Positions 57,107-64,000 of a DNA stretch of 64,000 nt are shown here, in pieces (the stretch's first letter is position 1; the number at the start of each line of letters is the position of its first letter). The DNA comes from Eledone cirrhosa (lineage: Eukaryota): the NCBI GenBank assembly GCA_964016885.1, contig OZ024744.1:120900001-120964000 (forward strand). Reading direction: 5' to 3'. Below the pieces are notes generated by a model that searched no databases, had not been told where the DNA came from, and worked only from the letters and a program-made list of their open reading frames with translations. Made by a program: the position numbers and the translations under genes.

Positions 57107-57454
57107 GTCATAGTATCAGAGCTGTGATATCTCAATTCAGAGATTCTTTCATGAGACATTCTAACCACATGTCATAGTATCAGAGCTGTGATCTCTCAAT
57201 TCAGAGATTCTTTCCTGAGAACTTCTAACCACATGTCTGTAGTATCAGAGCTGTGATCTCTCAATTCAGAGATTCTTTCCTGAGATATTCTAACCACATG
57301 TCATAGTATCACAGCTGTGATCTCTCAATTCAGAGATTCTTTCCTGAGACATTTTAACCACATGTCATAGTATCAGAGCTGTGAACTCTCAATTCAGAGA
57401 TTCTTTCCTGAGATATTCTAACCACATGTCATAGTATTAGAGCTGTGATCTCTC

Positions 57455-60400
57455 AATTCAGAGATTCTTTCCTGAGACATTCTAACCACGTGTCATAGTA
57501 TCAGAGCTGTGATCTCTCAATTCAGAGATTCTTTCCTGAGACATTCTAACCACATGTCATAGTATCAGAATTGTGATATCTCAATTCAGAAATTCTTTCC
57601 TGAGACATTCTAACCACATGTCATAGTATCAGAGCTGTGAACTCTCAATTCAGAGATTCTTTCCTGATACATTCTAACCACATGTCATGGTATTAGAGCT
57701 GTGGTCTCTCAATTACGAGATTCTTTCCTGAGACATTCTAACCACTTCATAGTATCAGAGCTGTGATATCTCAATTCAGAGATTCTTTCAGGAGACATTC
57801 TAACCACATGTCATAGTATCAGAGCTGTGATCTCTCAATTCAGAGATTCTTTCCTGAGAACTTCTATCCACATGTCTGTAGTATCAGAGCTGTGATCTCT
57901 CAATTCAGAGATTCTTTCCTGAGATATTCTAACCACATGTCATAGTATCAGAGCTGTGATCTCTCAATTCAGAGATTCTTTCCTGAGACATTCTAACCAC
58001 ATGTCATAGTATCAGAGCTGTGAACTCTCAATTCAGAGATTCTTTCCTGAGATATTCTAACCACATGTCATAGTATTAGAGCTGTGATCGCTCAATTCAG
58101 AGATTCTTTCCTGAGACATTCTAACCACGTGTCATAGTATCAGAGCTGTGATCTCTCAATTCAGAGATTCTTTCCTGAGACATTCTAACCACATGTCATA
58201 GTATCAGAATTGTGATATCTCAATTCAGAAATTCTTTCCTGAGACATTCTAACCACATGTCATAGTATCAGAGCTGTGAACTCTCAATTCAGAGATTCTT
58301 TCCTGATACATTCTAACCACATGTCATAGTATTAGAGCTGTGGTCTCTCAATTCAGAGATTCTTTCCTGAGACATTCTAACCACGTCATAGTATCAGAGC
58401 TGTGATATCTCAATTCAGAGATTCTTTCATGAGACATTCTAACCACATGTCATAGTATCAGAGCTGTGATCTCTCAATTCAGAGATTCTTTCCTGAGAAC
58501 TTCTAACAACATGTCTGTAGTATCAGAGCTGTGATCTCTCAATTCAGAGATTCTTTCCTGAGATATTCTAACCACATGTCATAGTATCAGAGCTGTGATC
58601 TCTCAATTCAGAGATTCTTTCCTGAGACATTCTAACCACATGTCATAGTATCAGAGCTGTGAACTCTCAATTCAGAGATTCTTTCCTGAGATATTCTAAC
58701 CACATGTCATAGTATTAGAGCTGTGATCTCTCAATTCAGAGATTCTTTCCTGAGACATTCTAACCACGTGTCATAGTATCAGAGCTGTGATCTCTCAATT
58801 CAGAGATTCTTTCCTGAGACATTCTAACCACATGTCATAGTATCAGAATTGTGATCTCTCAATTCAGAGATTCTTTCCTGAGACATTCTAACCACATGTC
58901 ATAGTATTAGATCTGTGATCTCTCAATTCAGAGATTCTTTCCTGGGATATTCTAACCACATGTCATAGTATCAGAGCTGTGATCTCTCAATTCAGAGAAT
59001 CTTTCCTGAGACATTCTAACTCCATGTCCACAGTATCAGAGCTGTGATATCTCAATTCAGAGATTCTTTCCTGAGACATTCTAACCACGTCATAGTATCA
59101 GAGCTGTAATATCTCAATTCAGAGATTCTTTCATGAGACATTCTAACCACATGTCATAGTATCAGAGCTGTGATCTCTCAATTTAGATATTCTTTCCTGA
59201 GATATTCTAACCACATGTCATATTATCAGAGCTGTGAACTCTCAATTCAGAGATTTTTTCCTGGGATATTCTAACCACATGTCATAGTATCAGAGCTGTG
59301 ATCTCTCAATTCAGATATTCTTTCCTGAGACATTCTAACCACATGTCATAGTATCAGAACTGTGATCTCTCAATTCAGAAATTCTTTCCTGAGACATTCA
59401 AACCACATGTCATAGTATCAGAGCTGTGATATCTCAATTCAGAGATTCTTTCCTGATAAATTCTAACCACATGTCATAGTATCAGAGCTGTGATCTCTCA
59501 ATTCAGAGATACTTTCCTGAGACATTCTAACCACGTCATAGTATCAGAGCTGTAATATCTCAATTCAGAGATTCTTTCATGAGACATTCTAACCACATGT
59601 CATAGTATCAGAGCTGTGATCTCTCAATTTAGATATTCTTTCCTGAGATATTCTAACCACATGTCATAGTATTAGAGCTGTGATCTCTCAATTCAGAGAT
59701 TCTTTCCTGAGACATTCTAACCACGTGTCATAGTATCAGAGCTGTGATCTCTCAATTCAGAGATTCTTTCCTGAGACATTCTAACCACATGTCATAGTAT
59801 CAGAATTGTGATCTCTCAATTCAGAAATTCTTTCCTGAGACATTCTAACCACATGTCATAGTATCAGAGCTGTGAACTCTCAATTCAGAGATTCTTTCCT
59901 GATACATTCTAACCACATGTCATAGTATTAGAGCTGTGATCTCTCAATTCAGAGATTCTTTCCTGAGACATTCTAACCACGTCATAGTATCAGAGCTGTG
60001 ATATCTCAATTCAGAGATTCTTTCATGAGACATTCTAACCACATGTCATAGTATCAGAGCTGTGATCTCTCAATTCAGAGATTCTTTCCTGAGAACTTCT
60101 AACCACATGTCTGTAGTATCAGAGCTGTGATCTCTCAATTCAGAGATTCTTTCCTGAGATATTCTAACCACATGTCATAGTATCAGAGCTGTGATCTCTC
60201 AATTCAGAGATTCTTTCCTGAGACATTTTAACCACATGTCATAGTATCAGAGCTGTGAACTCTCAATTCAGAGATTCTTTCCTGAGATATTCTAACCACA
60301 TGTCATAGTATTAGAGCTGTGATCTCTCAATTCAGAGATTCTTTCCTGAGACATTCTAACCACGTGTCATAGTATCAGAGCTGTGATCTCTCAATTCAGA

Positions 60401-63400
60401 GATTCTTTCCTGAGACATTCTAACCACATGTCATAGTATCAGAATTGTGATATCTCAATTCAGAAATTCTTTCCTGAGACATTCTAACCACATGTCATAG
60501 TATCAGAGCTGTGAACTCTCAATTCAGAGATTCTTTCCTGATACATTCTAACCACATGTCATACTATTAGAGCTGTGGTCTCTCAATTCAGAGATTCTTT
60601 CCTGAGACATTCTAACCACGTCATAGTATCAGAGCTGTGATATCTCAATTCAGAGATTCTTTCATGAGACATTCTAACCACATGTCATAGTATCAGAGCT
60701 GTGATCTCTCAATTCAGAGATTCTTTCCTGAGAACTTCTAACCACATGTCTGTAGTATCACAGCTGTGATCTCTCAATTCAGAGATTCTTTCCTGAGATA
60801 TTCTAACCACATGTCATAGTATCAGAGCTGTGATCTCTCAATTCAGAGATTCTTTCCTGAGACATTCTAACCACATGTCATAGTATCAGAGCTGTGAACT
60901 CTCAATTCAGAGATTCTTTCCTGAGATATTCTAACCACATGTCATAGTATTAGAGCTGTGATCTCTCAATTCAGAGATTCTTTCCTGAGACATTCTAACC
61001 ACGTGTCATAGTATCAGAGCTGTGATCTCTCAATTCAGAGATTCTTTCCTGAGACATTCTAACCACATGTCATAGTATCAGAATTGTGATCTCTCAATTC
61101 AGAGATTCTTTCCTGAGACATTCTAACCACATGTCATAGTATTAGATCTGTGATCTCTCAATTCAGAGATTCTTTCCTGGGATATTCTAACCACATGTCA
61201 TAGTATCAGAGCTGTAATCTCTCAATTCAGAGATTCTTTCCTGAGACATTCTAACCACATCTCATAGTCTAAGAGCTGTGATATCTCAATTCAGAGATTC
61301 TTTCCTGAGACATTCTAACCGCATGCCATAGAATCAGAGCTGTGATCTCTCAATTCAGAGATTCTTTCCTGAGACGTTCTAATCACATGTCATAGTATTA
61401 GAGCTGTGATCTCTCAATTCAGAGATTCTTTCCTGAGAAATTCTAACCTCATGTCTGTAGTATCAGAGCTGTGATCTCTCAATTCAGAGAATCTTTCCTG
61501 AGACATTCTAACTCCATGTCCACAGTATCAGAACTGTGATCTCTCAATTCAGAGATTCTTTCCTGAGACATTCTAACCACATGTCATAGTATCAATGCTG
61601 TGATCTCTCAATATAGAGATTCTTTCCTGAGATATTCTAAAAACATGTCATAGTATCAAAGCTGTGATCTCTCAATTCAGAGATTTTTTCCTGGGATATT
61701 CTAACCACATGTCATAGTATCAGAGCTGTGATCTCTCAATTCAGATATTCTTTCCTGAGACATTCTAACCACATGTCATAGAATCAGAGTTGTGATCTCT
61801 CAATTCAGAGATTCCTTCCTGAGATATTCTAACCACATGTCATAGTATCAGAGCTGTGATCTCTCAATTCAGAGATTCTTTCCTGAGACATTCTAACCAC
61901 ATGTCATAGTATTAGAGCTGTGATCTCTCAATTAAGAGATTCTTTCCTGAGACATTCTTACCACATGTCATAGTATCAGAGCTGTGATCTCTCAATTCAG
62001 AGATTCTTTCCTGAGACATTCTAACCACGTCATAGTATCAGAGCTGTGATATCTCAATTCAGAGATTCTTTCATGAGACATTCTAACCACATGTCATAGT
62101 ATCAGAGCTATGATCTCTCAATTTAGATATTCTTTCCTGAGATATTCTAACCACATGTCATAGTATTAGAGCTGTGATCTCTCAATTCAGAGATTCTTTC
62201 CTGAGACATTCTAACCACATGTCATAGTATCAGAACTGTGATCTCTCAATTCAGAAATTCTTTCCTGAGACATTCTAACCACATGTCATAGTATCAGAGC
62301 TGTGAACTCTCAATTCAGAGATTCTTTCCTAATACATTCTAACCACATGTCATAGTACTAGAGCTGTGATCTCTCAATTCAGAGATTCTTTCCTGAGACA
62401 TTCTAACCACGTCATAGTATCAGAGCTGTGATATCTCAATTCAGAGATTCTTTCATGAGACATTCTAACCACATGTCATAGTATCAGAGCTGTGATCTCT
62501 CAATTCAGAGATTCTTCCCTGAGACATTCTAACCACATGTCATAGTATTAGATCTGTGATCTCTCAATTCAGAGATTCTTTCATGGGATATTCTAACCAC
62601 ATGTCATTGTATCAGAGCTGTGATCTCTCAATTCAGAGATTCTTTCCTGAGACATTCTAACCACATCTCATAGTCTAAGAGCTGTGATATCTCAATTCAG
62701 AGATTCTTTCCTGAGACATTCTAACCACATGTCATAGAATCAGAGCTGTGATCTTTCAATTCAGAGATTCTTTCCTGAGACATTCTAACCACGTGTCATA
62801 GTATCAGAGCTGTGATCTCTCAATTCAGAGATTCTTTCCTGAGACATTCTAACCACATGTCATAGTATCAGAATTGTGATATCTCAATTCAGAAATTCTT
62901 TCCTGAGACATTCTAACCACATGTCATAGTATCAGAGCTGTGAACTCTCAATTCAGAGATTCTTTCCTGATACATTCTAACCACATGTCATGGTATTAGA
63001 GCTGTGGTCTCTCAATTACGAGATTCTTTCCTGAGACATTCTAACCACTTCATAGTATCAGAGCTGTGATATCTCAATTCAGAGATTCTTTCAGGAGACA
63101 TTCTAACCACATGTCATAGTATCAGAGCTGTGATCTCTCAATTCAGAGATTCTTTCCTGAGAACTTCTATCCACATGTCTGTAGTATCAGAGCTGTGATC
63201 TCTCAATTCAGAGATTCTTTCCTGAGATATTCTAACCACATGTCATAGTATCAGAGCTGTGATCTCTCAATTCAGAGATTCTTTCCTGAGACATTCTAAC
63301 CACATGTCATAGTATCAGAGCTGTGAACTCTCAATTCAGAGATTCTTTCCTGAGATATTCTAACCACATGTCATAGTATTAGAGCTGTGATCGCTCAATT

Positions 63401-64000
63401 CAGAGATTCTTTCCTGAGACATTCTAACCACGTGTCATAGTATCAGAGCTGTGATCTCTCAATTCAGAGATTCTTTCCTGAGACATTCTAACCACATGTC
63501 ATAGTATCAGAATTGTGATATCTCAATTCAGAAATTCTTTCCTGAGACATTCTAACCACATGTCATAGTATCAGAGCTGTGAACTCTCAATTCAGAGATT
63601 CTTTCCTGATACATTCTAACCACATGTCATAGTATTAGAGCTGTGGTCTCTCAATTCAGAGATTCTTTCCTGAGACATTCTAACCACGTCATAGTATCAG
63701 AGCTGTGATATCTCAATTCAGAGATTCTTTTATGAGACATTCTAACCACATGTCATAGTATCAGAGCTGTGATCTCTCAATTCAGAGATTCTTTCCTGAG
63801 AACTTCTAACAACATGTCTGTAGTATCAGAGCTGTGATCTCTCAATTCAGAGATTCTTTCCTGAGATATTCTAACCACATGTCATAGTATCAGAGCTGTG
63901 ATCTCTCAATTCAGAGATTCTTTCCTGAGACATTCTAACCACATGTCATAGTATCAGAGCTGTGAACTCTCAATTCAGAGATTCTTTCCTGAGATATTCT
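57455..64000. repeat. Block duplication, offset 5303 bp (83 monomers): ~57455-58697 repeated at ~62758-64000
   Basis: AATTACGAGA at 57711/63014; shared CATGGTATT, ACCACTTCAT, CTATCCAC, GATCGCTC and CTAACAAC markers. The second copy runs off the window end. Confidence 0.88.

Larger units (their letters stand above)
1..64000. repeat. Tandem satellite DNA array, 64-bp monomer, ~1,000 copies, single orientation, truncated at both window ends
   Basis: The motif GTCATAGTATCAGAGCTGTGATCTCTCAATTCAGAGATTCTTTCCTGAGACATTCTAACCACAT recurs every 62-65 bp from the first line to the last (e.g. starts at 4861 and 4925). Monomers differ from the consensus by only a few bases. No non-repeat sequence was seen. 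Confidence 0.99.

Noticed and set aside
1-64000. CRISPR array
   Set aside because: There are no unique spacers: the entire 64-bp unit is repeated. No leader or cas genes are present.
1-64000. Repetitive protein-coding ORF on either strand
   Set aside because: 64 is not a multiple of 3, so the frame rotates each monomer. Each monomer has several stop triplets on both strands (TAG, TGA, TAA on +; TAG, TGA on -), so no long ORF is possible.
1-64000. tRNA/5S/snRNA tandem gene cluster or SINE-derived unit
   Set aside because: No recognisable Pol III A/B boxes, cloverleaf or known RNA gene sequence in the monomer.
1-64000. Alpha satellite/CENP-B box, beta satellite (68 bp) or G-quadruplex array
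   Set aside because: Unit length and sequence do not match what I know of these families. The CpG-containing CENP-B box and G-runs are absent.
1-64000. Variant pattern as an information-storing code, diversity-generating cassette system or synthetic construct
   Set aside because: The variants are explained by nested duplication plus point mutation. There is no associated enzyme gene, expression locus or vector sequence in the window.

Overview
The whole 64-kb window is one uninterrupted head-to-tail tandem satellite array of about 1,000 copies of a 64-bp monomer. The consensus is GTCATAGTATCAGAGCTGTGATCTCTCAATTCAGAGATTCTTTCCTGAGACATTCTAACCACAT (exact copy at 4861-4924; 25/64 = 39% GC; no CpG). 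Recurrent 62-bp and 65-bp length variants occur. I found no genes, RNA genes, transposon insertions, inversions, CRISPR spacers or unique sequence, and the array runs off both ends. The information lies in the variant pattern: (i) a series of recent local block duplications with different periods (about 26, 27, 30, 31, 32, 49, 53 and 54 monomers) rather than one fixed higher-order repeat (HOR); (ii) an older ordered cassette of variant monomers that recurs across the window; (iii) left-to-right turnover of diagnostic variants; (iv) a monomer built from overlapping quasi-palindromes. This looks like eukaryotic heterochromatic satellite DNA, but I cannot identify the organism or family from the sequence. 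I see no support for a new gene-based system. Offsets were read by eye from marker variants, and block edges are approximate to about one monomer.
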